A DNA stretch of 64,000 nt. Origin: an uncultured Planctomycetota bacterium (GTDB lineage Bacteria > Planctomycetota > Planctomycetia > Isosphaerales > Isosphaeraceae). Within the stretch, counting starts at the first letter, position 1. Each line of letters opens with the position of its first letter. The stretch covers positions 192,001 to 256,000 of the forward strand of contig CAWJTV010000011.1 in NCBI GenBank assembly GCA_963845755.1. Direction: 5' to 3'. Positions 1-9,832 of this stretch are shown piece by piece. Position numbers and translations under genes: made by a program. Below the pieces are notes generated by a model that was given only the letters and a program-made list of their open reading frames with translations, was not told the origin of the DNA and did no database searches.

Positions 1-7
1 GCGCCTG

Positions 8-1039
8 GTGCTCGAGCCTTGGAACGTGGTGATCCCCGCGACGACCGGCACGTTCAAGGGGAAGGCCGCGCGGGCCGTCCGCATCTGGGGCCGGCGCCGG
101 CTGTCGCTGCTGCACCGGTTTCTCCCGTTCACGGAAGAGGTTGAGGTCCACGTGCTGGGCAGCGGTCTGCCGAGCTTCTGGGTCCTGCGTGCGCCTGGCA
201 TGACGTTGACCCTCGGCCTGACCGGCTTCACCGCGGCCAACTGGTCGCAGGCGATCAACTTCGATCTCCTGCTGCCGCGGAAGACCGCAACGACGACCCA
301 GCCGCTCGACGCGGTCCTCGCCCATCTGCACGAACACTGGTCGGCAGGGGCCGGCGAGCTGGCCCGCGCGACCGGCCTGGCCTGGCCCGCCTTGACCGAG
401 GCGCTCCAACTCGGCTGCCAGCAGGGGAAGATCATGTATGACCTCGCGAGCGACGTCTACCGATTCCGTCCGCTGACGGACGTCCCGCTCGACCCGGCCC
501 GGCTGGAGTTTCGCGACAGCCGCGAGCGGATCGCCCACGACCTATTGATCCGCCGCGGCGCGGTCAAGATCGTCTCCGAGAACCGCATCCCGGGCACCGG
601 CCTGGAGCTGACCGGCCAGGTCACCGTGACCGAGGACCGGCGCGACTATCGTCCCCAGATGCTGCTCGCCGACGAGGGCCAGGTAACCCGCGCCGACTGC
701 ACCTGCACGGCGTACCGCAAGCAGGGCCTGAAGGCCGGCCGGTGCGTCCACCTGGTGGCGTTGCGGCTGGCCTACGCCGAGCAGGAGGCCCGCCGGCTCA
801 AGGGGCTCGACCCCTTGCAGGCGATCGCGGTCGAGACCCGGACGTACTCGCGCCGGCACCCGGCCGGCGAGGAAGTCTATCAAGTCTCGCTCGAGCGTCA
901 ACGACTCAAGATCCGATGGGGCCAGGATGACCAGCCCCGGCGATTGCAGACCTTGACGTTCGACACCGTGGAAGACGCGCGCGGGGCGTTCCTCAACCGG
1001 GCTGCCGATCTGGAAGCGCGCGGGTTCCTCTCGCTCTAG
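8..1039 (+). CDS. SWIM zinc-finger + C-terminal WGR-like domain protein (5' part outside window); probable retron-associated effector
   Basis: SWIM motif CTC-x(12)-CVH (ADCTCTAYRKQGLKAGRCVHLVAL); C-terminal YQVSLERQRLKIRWGQ...LEARGF resembles a WGR domain; co-oriented directly upstream of a retron RT. Confidence 0.85.
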   Translation: MLEPWNVVIPATTGTFKGKAARAVRIWGRRRLSLLHRFLPFTEEVEVHVLGSGLPSFWVLRAPGMTLTLGLTGFTAANWSQAINFDLLLPRKTATTTQPLDAVLAHLHEHWSAGAGELARATGLAWPALTEALQLGCQQGKIMYDLASDVYRFRPLTDVPLDPARLEFRDSRERIAHDLLIRRGAVKIVSENRIPGTGLELTGQVTVTEDRRDYRPQMLLADEGQVTRADCTCTAYRKQGLKAGRCVHLVALRLAYAEQEARRLKGLDPLQAIAVETRTYSRRHPAGEEVYQVSLERQRLKIRWGQDDQPRRLQTLTFDTVEDARGAFLNRAADLEARGFLSL

Positions 1040-1194
1040 CCGTCGGCCAGGTTTTCCTGAAAACAGGTGGAATAACAGGTGGATTGGGATCAATCGTACA
1101 CTATTTTGTAAAGGCGTTTGTCGAACCCATGAATATATTATATTTTATCATGAATTTTGATAATTGTCTGAAAATAGAACGTGGGCCGAGCGGC
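1039..1194 (+). ncRNA. Candidate retron msr-msd ncRNA
   Basis: GCCGTCGGCC (1039-1048) pairs with GGCCGA-G-CGGC (1184-1194) as a1/a2, followed by AG (G1050, candidate branching G); small stems CAGG-TTTT-CCTG and GATTG-GGAT-CAATC; long imperfect hairpin 1101-1177; lies directly upstream of the RT. Confidence 0.55.
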
Positions 1195-1239
1195 CCTCTT
1201 CGATGACCCGGGCGCAGCGCGCGAAAGGACGGACGAGCG

Positions 1240-2582
1240 ATGTCGCGACTCCAGCAATCCGACCCGATCGCCTTGTGGCGTGCCATCGAGCAGGCTGGCG
1301 GCGTGCAGGCGTATGTGAACGCCCAGCTCGTTGAGCGGGGGTTCCTGGTCCAGCGCCGGGAGACGGACAAGCTATCCGATCGGGAAAAGGACGCTTACAA
1401 GAAGTCGCTCAAGGCCGAGGCGGAGGAGCGCCGGCGGTTGAGTCGCGAGGCCTGGAAGGCCCACAAGGCCACGCACATCGTCCATCTGGGCGAGGGCGTG
1501 TTCTGGACCGAGGGTCGTGGTCACGACAAGTGGGACCTACCCAACGCCGAGGCCCGCGCCGCCGAGAACGAGCTCCCGCCGCTGGACTCGGCCAAGCAAC
1601 TGGCCGAGGCCCTGGGCCTGACCATCGCCGAGCTGCGCCGGCTCGCCTTTCACCGCGATGCAGCCACCGTGCTCAACTACCGACGGTTCACGATCCCCAA
1701 ACGCGATGGCTCCGCGCGGGCCATCTGGGCCCCGCTGCCGCGGTTGAAGACAGCCCAGCGCTGGATCTTGCACAACATCGTCGAGAAGCTGCTCGTCCAT
1801 GGCTCGGTGCATGGCTTCCTCCCCGGTCGCTCGACGCTCACCAACGCCGCCGCCCACGCCGACCCGAAGCTGGTGGTGAAGGTGGACATCAAGGACTTCT
1901 TCCCCACCGTGACGTTCCCTCGGGTCAAGGGGATCTTTCGCAAGGCCGGCTATCGCGAGGAGGTCGCCACGCTGCTGGCGATGATCTGCACCGAATCCCC
2001 CCGCGAGATCGTCGAGCTGGAGGATAAGACGTACTACGTGGCGCTGGGGCCGCGCTGCCTGCCCCAGGCGCACCGACGAGTCCGGCGCTAACCAACACGC
2101 TGGGCCTGCACCTCGACCGCCGGCTCAGCGGGCTGGCGAAGAAACTCGGCTGGCGCTATACCCGCTATGCCGACGACCTGACCTTGAGCCTGCCCAGGAA
2201 CCACCAGGGCCCGCCCCAGGTCGGCACATTGCTCGGCTCGATCCGCCGGATCGTCGAGGACGAAGGTTTCGCGATCCACCCGGACAAGACGGGCGTCCAC
2301 CGTCGCGGGGGCCGGCAGATGATCACCGGCCTGGTCGTCAACGGCGGATCGCCGCGCAGTCCCCGCGACTTCCGCCGCAGGCTCCGAGCCGCCATCCATA
2401 ACCGGACCAACGGCAAGCCCTCACCGGACGGCGAGAGCCTCTCGACATTAATCGGCATGGCGGCCTACGTGTATATGTCTGATCCTGTGCGAGGAGAGAA
2501 GTTCCTGGACGCGCTCCGGGAACTGGATCGAGCACAGGTATCGGCCTCGGCGCGGATCGAGGGGCCGCCGCCCCAGACATGA
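1240..2582 (+). CDS. Retron reverse transcriptase, Mx162-like (one frameshift near 2067)
   Basis: IPKRDG, HGF, retron region X NAAAH, DIKDFF, LPQG(A)PTSP across the frameshift, RYADD (YADD at 2166-2177), region Y ITGLVVN; N-terminal extension (AIEQAGG...KAEAEERR...WKAHKATHIVHLGEGVFW) resembles the Myxococcus Mx162 RT as recalled. Confidence 0.95.
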
Positions 2583-2706
2583 TCGCCGTCGTCATTGGCA
2601 ACCATCTCCCAAGTTGTTACGCTGAAGAAAGGAGTGATCAAGAGATGGATGTCGAGACTCGTTAACACCTGGAATACCCCTCCAATGGCCGGATCTCAAG
2701 CGGTCG

Positions 2707-3714
2707 TTGTGCTCGCGAGGACCCCATGCGAGCGGTCCAGGCTTGGCCCCGCGAAGATGGTGCTGCACGTCGCTTGCGCTCTGGTATCGACCGGTTTGGT
2801 TTGGTGCGGCTGTTCACCAGAACGACCGGACCCGGCGCGGAGGACTTCCTCGCCCAGTCTGGCCGGTGTCGCCTCGACCTCAGCTCGAAGAACGATCGCA
2901 GATCGAGATTCTCGAGGCGCAGAGTGAGCAGGTGATCGACCACATTCGTGGGATCGGCGGATCGGTCGAGCGAGATGAGAACGATCCCAACAAGCCAGTG
3001 ATGACCGTCTTCCTCGATGGCCCCCGCGCCTCGGACGAGGACCTTCGTGACCTGGTCCATTTCGTCAACCTCCGGAGACTGTCCCTGGTTGATTCCTCGA
3101 TCACCGATGCGGGAATGGACAATCTCAGAGGGTCGGCCAATCTCCGGTGGCTATACCTGAGTCGGACGCAGGTGACGGATCGCGGATTAGGACAACTCAG
3201 CGGCCTGACGAAGATGGAGGATCTGGGTCTTTTCCGCACCCGCATCTCGGATCGCGGACTGGCCCACCTCGGGGGAATGAAGAGGCTTCGCATCCTCGAC
3301 CTCAAGGACACGGCGACGACGGACGCGGGCCTGGCTTACCTCGCGGGCCTGACCAATCTGCGAAAGCTCGACCTCCGCGGGACTCGAGTCACCGACACGG
3401 GGATGAGTAGCCTTCGGGGTTTGTCTCGTCTCTGGTCACTCAACCTGGCTGCGACGCGAGTCGGCGACTCGGGGTTGGCCCATCTGAAAGGGTTGGTTCA
3501 CCTACAAGAACTCGACCTCAGCGAGACCAGGATCACCGACGCCGGTCTGGAGCACCTCAAGGGGTTGACCAACCTCCAGGTACTGAATCTCACCGGGACC
3601 TCGGCGACGAATGCCGGAATTCGGGCGATTCGAGATGCCTTGCCGGAAACCACGATCATCCAGGGGCCCGAAACGCGTCCGCCGGAGGATAGGCAGGAGG
3701 GTCCTCCCGGTTAA
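2707..3714 (+). CDS. Leucine-rich repeat protein (planctomycete 24-aa LRR)
   Basis: Repeats of LxxLxLxxTxITDAGLxHLxGL; a lipoprotein-like signal (MVLHVACALVSTGLVWCGC, ATG 2757) in another frame may be the true N-terminus via a frameshift. Confidence 0.88.
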   Translation: MCSRGPHASGPGLAPRRWCCTSLALWYRPVWFGAAVHQNDRTRRGGLPRPVWPVSPRPQLEERSQIEILEAQSEQVIDHIRGIGGSVERDENDPNKPVMTVFLDGPRASDEDLRDLVHFVNLRRLSLVDSSITDAGMDNLRGSANLRWLYLSRTQVTDRGLGQLSGLTKMEDLGLFRTRISDRGLAHLGGMKRLRILDLKDTATTDAGLAYLAGLTNLRKLDLRGTRVTDTGMSSLRGLSRLWSLNLAATRVGDSGLAHLKGLVHLQELDLSETRITDAGLEHLKGLTNLQVLNLTGTSATNAGIRAIRDALPETTIIQGPETRPPEDRQEGPPG

Positions 3715-3747
3715 GCGATCCCACACCCTGCTCCGATGGGCGATTCG

Positions 3748-5232
3748 TCACGCAAGCAGTTCCTTCACCACCCGCGCCGGCTCGACGCCGGTGAGCTTCT
3801 GGTCGAGCCCCTGGTATTTGTACGTGAACCGCCGATGATCGAAGCCGAGGAGCTGGAGCACGGTGGCGTGGAAGTCGCGGATGTGCACCGGGTTCTTGAT
3901 GATGTTATAGGAGAAGTCGTCGGTCTCGCCGTAGATGGTGCCGGGCCGGGAGCCGCCGCCGGCCATCCACATGGTGAAGCATCGCGGGTGATGGTCGCGG
4001 CCGTAATTCTCGTGGGTCAGGCCGCCCTGGGAATAGATCGTCCGGCCGAACTCGCCGCCCCAGATGACCAGGGTCTCATCGAGGAGCCCCCGCGCCTTGA
4101 GGTCCTGGATCAGTCCCCAGCAGGGCTGGTCAACGTCGCGGCACTGGTCGGGCATCCGGCCGGCGACGTTGAAGTGCGTGTCCCAGTTGTTGTGGTAGAT
4201 CTGGACGAACCGTACGCCGCGTTCGACCAGCCGCCGGGCCAATAGTGCCGAGTGCGCGAACGAACCCGGTTTCTTCGCCGCCTCGCCGTAGAGCGCATAG
4301 GTCGAGGCGGGCTCCTTGTTGATGTCGGTCAATTCGGGGACGCTGGCCTGCATGCGGAAGGCCAGCTCGTATTGCTCGATCCGCGTGTGTGTCTCGGGGT
4401 CGCCCACGAGCTTCGAATTCAGCTCGTTGAGGGCCTTGAGCCCGTCGAGCGTATCGCGCCTCACCTGAGCGGGAACGCCGGGCGGATTGTTGATGAACAG
4501 GATCGGGTCGCCGCCGCTGCGGAACGAGACCCCGGCGTGCTCGCCCGAGAGATACCCCGACGACCACAGCCGCGCCGAGATCGCCTGGAGCTGCTCGGTG
4601 TTGGTCGGCCTGGCCACCAGCACGACGAACGTGGGCAGGTTGTCGTTGAGCGAGCCCAGGCCGTAGGAGGTCCAGGCACCCAGGCACGGCCGGCCTGTGA
4701 CCTGGTTACCCGTTTGCATATAAGTGATCGCCGGCTCGTGGTTGATCGCCTCGGTGTGCATGCTCCGGATGAAGCACATGTCGTCCACCATCCGGGCCGT
4801 GTAAGGCAGCAGCTCGCAGACCCACATTCCCGACTTCCCATGTCGGGCGAACTGGTATTTCGACGGTGCGACCGGGAACCGCTTCTGGCCCGAAGTCATC
4901 GTGGTCAGGCGCTGGCCCATCCGGATCGAGTCGGGCAGGTCCTTGTCAAAGAATGCGTTCATCTGCGGCTTGTAGTCGTACATGTCCATCTGCGGCGGCC
5001 CGCCGACCATGTGCAGATAGATCACCTGCTTGGCCTTGGGGGCGAAGTGCAGTCGCCCCGCGGGCGGCCGGCTCCCCGTGGGCGAGGGTTCGATGCCCCC
5101 GGCGAGGGCCGATGGCGCCAGGCCCTCACGGCCGAGGAGTGCTGCGAATGCTGCCCAGCTCACCGCGTTGGAGCCCCGGCTCAGGAACTGCCGGCGCGTC
5201 TCGTAGCGGACGTATTCGTGGAACGGATTCAT
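3748..5232 (-). CDS. DUF1501 domain protein (Tat-like signal)
   Basis: TRRQFL N-terminus; KAKQVIYLHMVGGPPQMDMYDYKP, WDTH, GEFGRT, GRDHHP motifs. Confidence 0.92.
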   Translation of the reverse strand: MNPFHEYVRYETRRQFLSRGSNAVSWAAFAALLGREGLAPSALAGGIEPSPTGSRPPAGRLHFAPKAKQVIYLHMVGGPPQMDMYDYKPQMNAFFDKDLPDSIRMGQRLTTMTSGQKRFPVAPSKYQFARHGKSGMWVCELLPYTARMVDDMCFIRSMHTEAINHEPAITYMQTGNQVTGRPCLGAWTSYGLGSLNDNLPTFVVLVARPTNTEQLQAISARLWSSGYLSGEHAGVSFRSGGDPILFINNPPGVPAQVRRDTLDGLKALNELNSKLVGDPETHTRIEQYELAFRMQASVPELTDINKEPASTYALYGEAAKKPGSFAHSALLARRLVERGVRFVQIYHNNWDTHFNVAGRMPDQCRDVDQPCWGLIQDLKARGLLDETLVIWGGEFGRTIYSQGGLTHENYGRDHHPRCFTMWMAGGGSRPGTIYGETDDFSYNIIKNPVHIRDFHATVLQLLGFDHRRFTYKYQGLDQKLTGVEPARVVKELLA

Positions 5233-5269
5233 GGATCGACCTCGGGCTGTGTGGGTGGGGCGAGACGAG

Positions 5270-5725
5270 TTATCCCTCATGGGCACCGGCGGGTATCTCG
5301 GGATCCCGGCGCTTGAGTAGGTCGCGGATCTCGGCGAGGAGCTCCTGGTCTTTCGTCAGCGGCGGTGGCTCGGCTTTGGGCTGAGCCTGGTACGCCATGA
5401 TCCAGCCCAGGAACTTGACGATGAACAGGTACAGGACGAAGGCGATGATCAGGAAGTTGACCACGTCGCCGAGGAATTTCCCGTAAGGGATCGGCTTGCC
5501 CTCGATTCGGAATACCCAACCTTCATAACCGCGCTCGCCGGGGAGGATCACGCCGAGCAGGGGCATGAAGATGTTATCGACGAGCGACTTGATGATGTTC
5601 GAGAACGCGGCGCCGATGATCACGCCGACGGCCAGGTCGATGACGTTGCCCTTGAAGGCGAACGCCTTGAATTCGTCGAACAACGACCGGGCCTGCCGCG
5701 TCGGGACGAGCGTCTTGAGATCCAT
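5270..5725 (-). CDS. mscL: Large-conductance mechanosensitive channel
   Basis: EFKAFAFKGNVIDLAVGVIIGAAF, YGKFL...NFLIIAF, LLAEIRDLL. Confidence 0.95.
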   Translation of the reverse strand: MDLKTLVPTRQARSLFDEFKAFAFKGNVIDLAVGVIIGAAFSNIIKSLVDNIFMPLLGVILPGERGYEGWVFRIEGKPIPYGKFLGDVVNFLIIAFVLYLFIVKFLGWIMAYQAQPKAEPPPLTKDQELLAEIRDLLKRRDPEIPAGAHEG

Positions 5726-5759
5726 GGCGGGACTCCGACGAAGTAAGCGGTCCGGGGTG

Positions 5760-5950
5760 CGGCCCAAGGGGCCGCAGGAGCCCAGCCCGGGGTGAAACCC
5801 CGGGGAGTGGAACGGGCTGCCCCCGTTCTCCGGCGGCCTGAAAGGCCGCAGCCGCCATCTCCCGCACCCCTTCAGGGTGCACCGGGGTCGAGCGACCGGG
5901 AGTCCCGGGGTTTCACCCCGGGCTGGATCCCCGCGGCCCTTCAGGCCGCC
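5760..5950. repeat. Nested palindromic REP/BIME-like element
   Basis: Perfect 23-bp inverted repeat CCAGCCCGGGGTGAAACCCCGGG (5782-5804) / 5904-5926, plus GCGGCC-TGAA-GGCCGC-type palindromes. Confidence 0.85.
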
Positions 5951-5969
5951 AGGGACCTGTTAAAGGCGA

Positions 5970-8900
5970 CTACTTATTCAAAAACTCATCCAGATTCATC
6001 AACTCATTAGCCAGCATGGTCCAGGCGGCGAGGGTCGGCGGATCGAAGGCCGGATTCGCCTTGGATTCGCCGACCGCGAGGAGCTTGGCCGCCTGCTTGG
6101 GGTGCGATTGATAATAGGCTTCCAGCTTGGAGAGCGAGGCCCGAACGACCGCTTGCTCCTCGGGGCGGAACGGCCGGGCCAGGACGCGCCGGGCGATGAA
6201 GTCGATGCGCGCGTCCGAGGTCTGACCGGCTGGTTCGAGGGCCGATTGTGCCAGGGCCCGAGCGGCTTCGACGAACTGCGGATCATTCAGGGTGACGAGG
6301 GCCTGGAGCGGGGTATCGGTCCGCTCGCGCTGGACCGTGCAGACCTCGCGCGTCGGCGCATTGAGCACCTCCATCGAGGCCGGCGGCGCGCTTCGCTTCC
6401 AGAACGTGTAGAGGCTTCTGCGATACAGTTTTTCGCCATGCTCGGGGTCATAGAAATGCGTGTTGCTTTCCGGCATGGCCACCGCCTCCCAGACGCCCTC
6501 GGGCTGATAGGGCTTGACGCTGGGACCGCCCAACGTGTCGACCAGGATTCCACCGGCCGCGAGTGCCGAGTCGCGGATGGTCTCGGCGTCCAGGCGGAAC
6601 CGCGGCCCGCGCGAGAGCCATCGGTCATGCGGGTCCTTCTCGATCTTCTCGGGCGTGGCCGCGGCCGACTGGCGATACGTCGACGATTCGACCATCGTCC
6701 GGAAGAGCCGCTTGACGTCCCACCCCGACTCGCGGAACTCGACGGCTAGCCAGTCGAGCAGCTCGGGATGCGAGGGCAGGTCGCCGGTAACGCCGAAGTC
6801 GCCGCTGGTGCGGACGATCCCCGTGCCGAAGACTTCCTGCCAGTACCGGTTGACGGTGACCCGGGCGGTCAAGGGATGCTCGGCCCGCACCAGCCACTGC
6901 GCCAGGCCCAGCCGGTTGCGGGGCAGGTCGGCCGGCAGGGGAGGCAACACGTCGGGCGTGTCCGCCTTGACCGGATCGCGCCGTTTGTCGTACTCGCCCC
7001 GGTGGAGCAGGAACGCCATGGCCGGCTCGCTTCGTTCGTGCATCACATGGGCGAAGGTGCCCCGAGACTTGATGGCGGCCTGTTCCGCTTCGAGTACCGA
7101 GAGCTTGACTTGCAGCTCCTTCGCGGTCGGATCGATCGAGCGGAGCCACCAGGCGAAGGCCGCATCCAGGTCGCTGCCTTCCCGCTTGTCGGCCGGTATC
7201 CGGACGATCGCCGCAATGCGGTCGGGCCAGGCAAGCTGATCGACCTCGCGCGCGGCGAGGGCTCTCCCGTAAATCCTCAGGGCGTTGACGATCACTCCGT
7301 CGAGCCGTTCCGAGCTGTGCCGCTGGCCGGCCTTGAGCGGTACGGTCGTGCGGATCGAGTTCTTCAGGGCATCGGACGCGGTGTCGGTCGCCTGGGGTTC
7401 GCCGTTGATGTAGATCTTCACTCCGGAGGCCCGGGCCGAGCCATCGTAGGTGACGAACAGGTGGGTCCAGACGCCCGGGCGCACCTCTTTCTTCGCCACC
7501 ACCTTGAGCGCGTTCTCGGGCCACTTGTGAACGATATGGGTCGCGACGCGGTTCCCCTCGATCCAGAGGTCCCATCCCCGATATCCGTTGGTATTATCCA
7601 TCCGCGCGAGGGCCGAGCCGGTGATGTCGCGTTTCGGGAGCTTGATCCAGGCGCCGAATGAGAACGCCTGGTCCTTCTCGAAGTCGCCCGAGTCGGCGGC
7701 CTCGAACCGGGCCTCGGGCCAACCGGTCGTCCCCGTCCCGGCCGCGCCGGGGTTCGCGACCAGCCGCAGGCCATCCGAGGGGACCGAAGCGGCCAAGGCG
7801 TTGAGATCGGCCGCGGCGAGCCACTTGTCGAAGTCGGGCCGTGCGGATTGCTTCCTCGCCTGGAACCGGCTGCGGATGCCTGCCAGTTCCGAGGGGAGCG
7901 ACTCCCAGCGAGGCCGGTCCTTCGAACCGGGGACGAACACCGTCGGCGGCGTGTCCTTGACGTTGCCGTCCATTGTCGGCTGGGTGGTGTTGTTGAAGAA
8001 CGCCGACAGCTCGTAGAACTCGCGCTGGGTGATCGGGTCGAACTTGTGATCGTGGCAGACCGCGCAACCGGCCGTGAGGCCCATCCAGACCAGCGAGGTC
8101 GTCTCGGTGCGGTCGCGGGCGTAGAGGACCTTGTACTCCTCGGGGATGACGCCGCCTTCGTTGGTGGTCGCGTTGCAACGGTTGAACCCCGAGGCGACCT
8201 GCTGGTCGAGCGTGTGGCCGGGCAAGAGGTCGCCGGCCAGTTGCTCGATCGTGAACCGGTCGAACGGCAGGTTGCGGTTGAACGCGACGATCACCCAGTC
8301 GCGATAGGCCCACGCTTCTCGATAATTGTCGAAGTGATATCCGTTGGTATCGGCATATCTGGCCAGGTCGAGCCAGTATCGGGCGCGGTGCTCGCCCCAT
8401 CGGGGCGAGTCGAGCAACCGGGTGACCAGATGGTCATAGGCGTTGGGCGAGGAGTCATTCGCGAACCGATCGACGAGATCGGGGTCGGGCGGCAACCCGG
8501 TCAGGTCCAGGCTGAGCCGTCGGGCGAGCGTGCGGCGATCGGCCTCGGGTGCGGGCTGCAAGTCGTGCTCCTGGAGCCTCGCCAGCACGAAGCGGTCGAT
8601 CGGGTTGCGGACCCACGACTCGTCCTTGACCTTCGGCAATGCGGGCCGCTTCGGAGGGATCAGCGACCAGTGCAATTGATACTCGGCCCCGGCGGCGATC
8701 CAGCGCTTCAGGAGGTCCTTCTGCGGGGCGGTCAACGTCTTGGTGGACTTCGGGGGCGGCATGAGCTCGTCGGCGCTCTCGGCGTTGATCCGCGCGATCA
8801 GCTCGCTCGAATCCGGGTCGCCCGGGGCGATCGCGCCGGCTTCGATCGCGACCTCGCGCCGGTCGAGCCGCAAGTCGGCCTTCCGCGCGGCGCTGTCCGG

Positions 8901-9122
8901 TCCGTGGCACGGGAAGCAGTTCTCGGCGAGGATCGGCCGGACGTCGCGGTTGTATTCGAGAGTCGGACGATCGGCGGCATAGGCCGTCCCGGCGCCCAGA
9001 GCGGAGAGACCCAGGAGGACAACCATCAAGCCGAGCCGACTTCGCTCGACCACCCGTTCGAATCGGGGGACGGAGCCCCCTCCGACAAGCCGCATCGTAG
9101 CATCTCCCAGACGATGGCGCAC
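5970..9122 (-). CDS. Planctomycete cytochrome c / DUF1549 / LamG / DUF1553 protein (true start probably downstream of the ORF start)
   Basis: YNRDVRPILAENCFPCHGPD, WLDLARYADTNG, CAVCHDHKFDPI, LamG-like insert, HPELLDWLA, TPLQALVTLN. Confidence 0.93.
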   Translation of the reverse strand: MRHRLGDATMRLVGGGSVPRFERVVERSRLGLMVVLLGLSALGAGTAYAADRPTLEYNRDVRPILAENCFPCHGPDSAARKADLRLDRREVAIEAGAIAPGDPDSSELIARINAESADELMPPPKSTKTLTAPQKDLLKRWIAAGAEYQLHWSLIPPKRPALPKVKDESWVRNPIDRFVLARLQEHDLQPAPEADRRTLARRLSLDLTGLPPDPDLVDRFANDSSPNAYDHLVTRLLDSPRWGEHRARYWLDLARYADTNGYHFDNYREAWAYRDWVIVAFNRNLPFDRFTIEQLAGDLLPGHTLDQQVASGFNRCNATTNEGGVIPEEYKVLYARDRTETTSLVWMGLTAGCAVCHDHKFDPITQREFYELSAFFNNTTQPTMDGNVKDTPPTVFVPGSKDRPRWESLPSELAGIRSRFQARKQSARPDFDKWLAAADLNALAASVPSDGLRLVANPGAAGTGTTGWPEARFEAADSGDFEKDQAFSFGAWIKLPKRDITGSALARMDNTNGYRGWDLWIEGNRVATHIVHKWPENALKVVAKKEVRPGVWTHLFVTYDGSARASGVKIYINGEPQATDTASDALKNSIRTTVPLKAGQRHSSERLDGVIVNALRIYGRALAAREVDQLAWPDRIAAIVRIPADKREGSDLDAAFAWWLRSIDPTAKELQVKLSVLEAEQAAIKSRGTFAHVMHERSEPAMAFLLHRGEYDKRRDPVKADTPDVLPPLPADLPRNRLGLAQWLVRAEHPLTARVTVNRYWQEVFGTGIVRTSGDFGVTGDLPSHPELLDWLAVEFRESGWDVKRLFRTMVESSTYRQSAAATPEKIEKDPHDRWLSRGPRFRLDAETIRDSALAAGGILVDTLGGPSVKPYQPEGVWEAVAMPESNTHFYDPEHGEKLYRRSLYTFWKRSAPPASMEVLNAPTREVCTVQRERTDTPLQALVTLNDPQFVEAARALAQSALEPAGQTSDARIDFIARRVLARPFRPEEQAVVRASLSKLEAYYQSHPKQAAKLLAVGESKANPAFDPPTLAAWTMLANELMNLDEFLNK

Positions 9123-9264
9123 ATACCCAGGGATTTGGTAGGAGCCGGCCCTGTCCGGCGACCCTGGGTTCGGAGGGGTTGCCCCCTCCTATTCGAGTCA
9201 ATTCATTCTACCCGGCCCACCGTCAAGATGCGAGACGTCAGGGCGTCTTCGCCAAGGTGAGGCG

Positions 9265-9363
9265 CGCTAATGCCCGCCCTCAGCGACCGGGGCCACCTCG
9301 AGCCGCGTCGGGCTTCCGGAAACCGATGTGGCGGACCCGGTCCGGTGGAGCGCCAGGTTCGGC
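9265..9363 (-). mobile_element. Degenerate integron attC-like site
   Basis: Minus strand: R'' GCCGAAC, then GCGCTCCACCGGACCGGG...CCCCGGTCGCTGAG inverted arms, degenerate R' ATTAGCG; 99 bp. Confidence 0.6.
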
Positions 9364-9569
9364 TCGCCCAGTCGCGCCTTCAGTTCTTCCCGATGACGGT
9401 AGAGGACGGCGAGAAGCTCATCGTCCTCGATGTATCCTAGCCCTCGCCCAAGATGGGCCTCGCCGAGGAACCCAAGATGCGATAGCAACTGGCCCAGCCG
9501 GACATCCGGCGAGAACGACCAGACCTCGGCGAGCGCGGCCATGGCTTCCCTCTGCATCTCAGAAATCAT
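9267..9569 (-). CDS. Small hypothetical protein (second gene of a coupled pair)
   Basis: MISEMQREAMAALAEVWSFSPDVRLGQLLSHL...IEDDELL; ATGA overlap with the upstream gene's stop. Confidence 0.7.
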   Translation of the reverse strand: MISEMQREAMAALAEVWSFSPDVRLGQLLSHLGFLGEAHLGRGLGYIEDDELLAVLYRHREELKARLGEPNLALHRTGSATSVSGSPTRLEVAPVAEGGH

Positions 9570-9803
9570 GGGAGCACGTCTCCGATCTTGGGATCCGCGG
9601 CATACGCCTTGGGAAGTTTGCCAATCACCTCTGTACAGGACGAGAAACCCATCGGTCCCCTCATAGACCCAGGGTGGTGGCATCCCGACTGCCGACCGAC
9701 CGAATAGGGAGATCTGCCTGGCCAGCTTGGCTGGATCGGCTCCCTGCAAGCGAGACGGAGGCAGACGCAAGTCGCGAGGATCGACATCGCGGAAGTCAGG
9801 CAT
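9566..9803 (-). pseudogene. ParB/Srx-like small protein, broken by a frameshift or deletion near 9632
   Basis: MPDFRDVDPRDLRLPPSR...GMPPPWVYEGTDGFLVLY continues in another frame as EVIGKLPKAYAADPKIGDVLP*, ending in the ATGA overlap. Confidence 0.55.
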
Positions 9804-9832
9804 ACGGGCAGTGTACTCGAGATGTAGGCAGC

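Noticed and set aside
2060..2091. Programmed frameshift in the retron RT
   Set aside because: One G is missing in CAG-GGC-GCA with no slippery site; same pattern as the many other indels
1240..3714. Diversity-generating retroelement with the LRR gene as target
   Set aside because: RT has retron X/Y motifs; no TR/VR pair or avd gene seen
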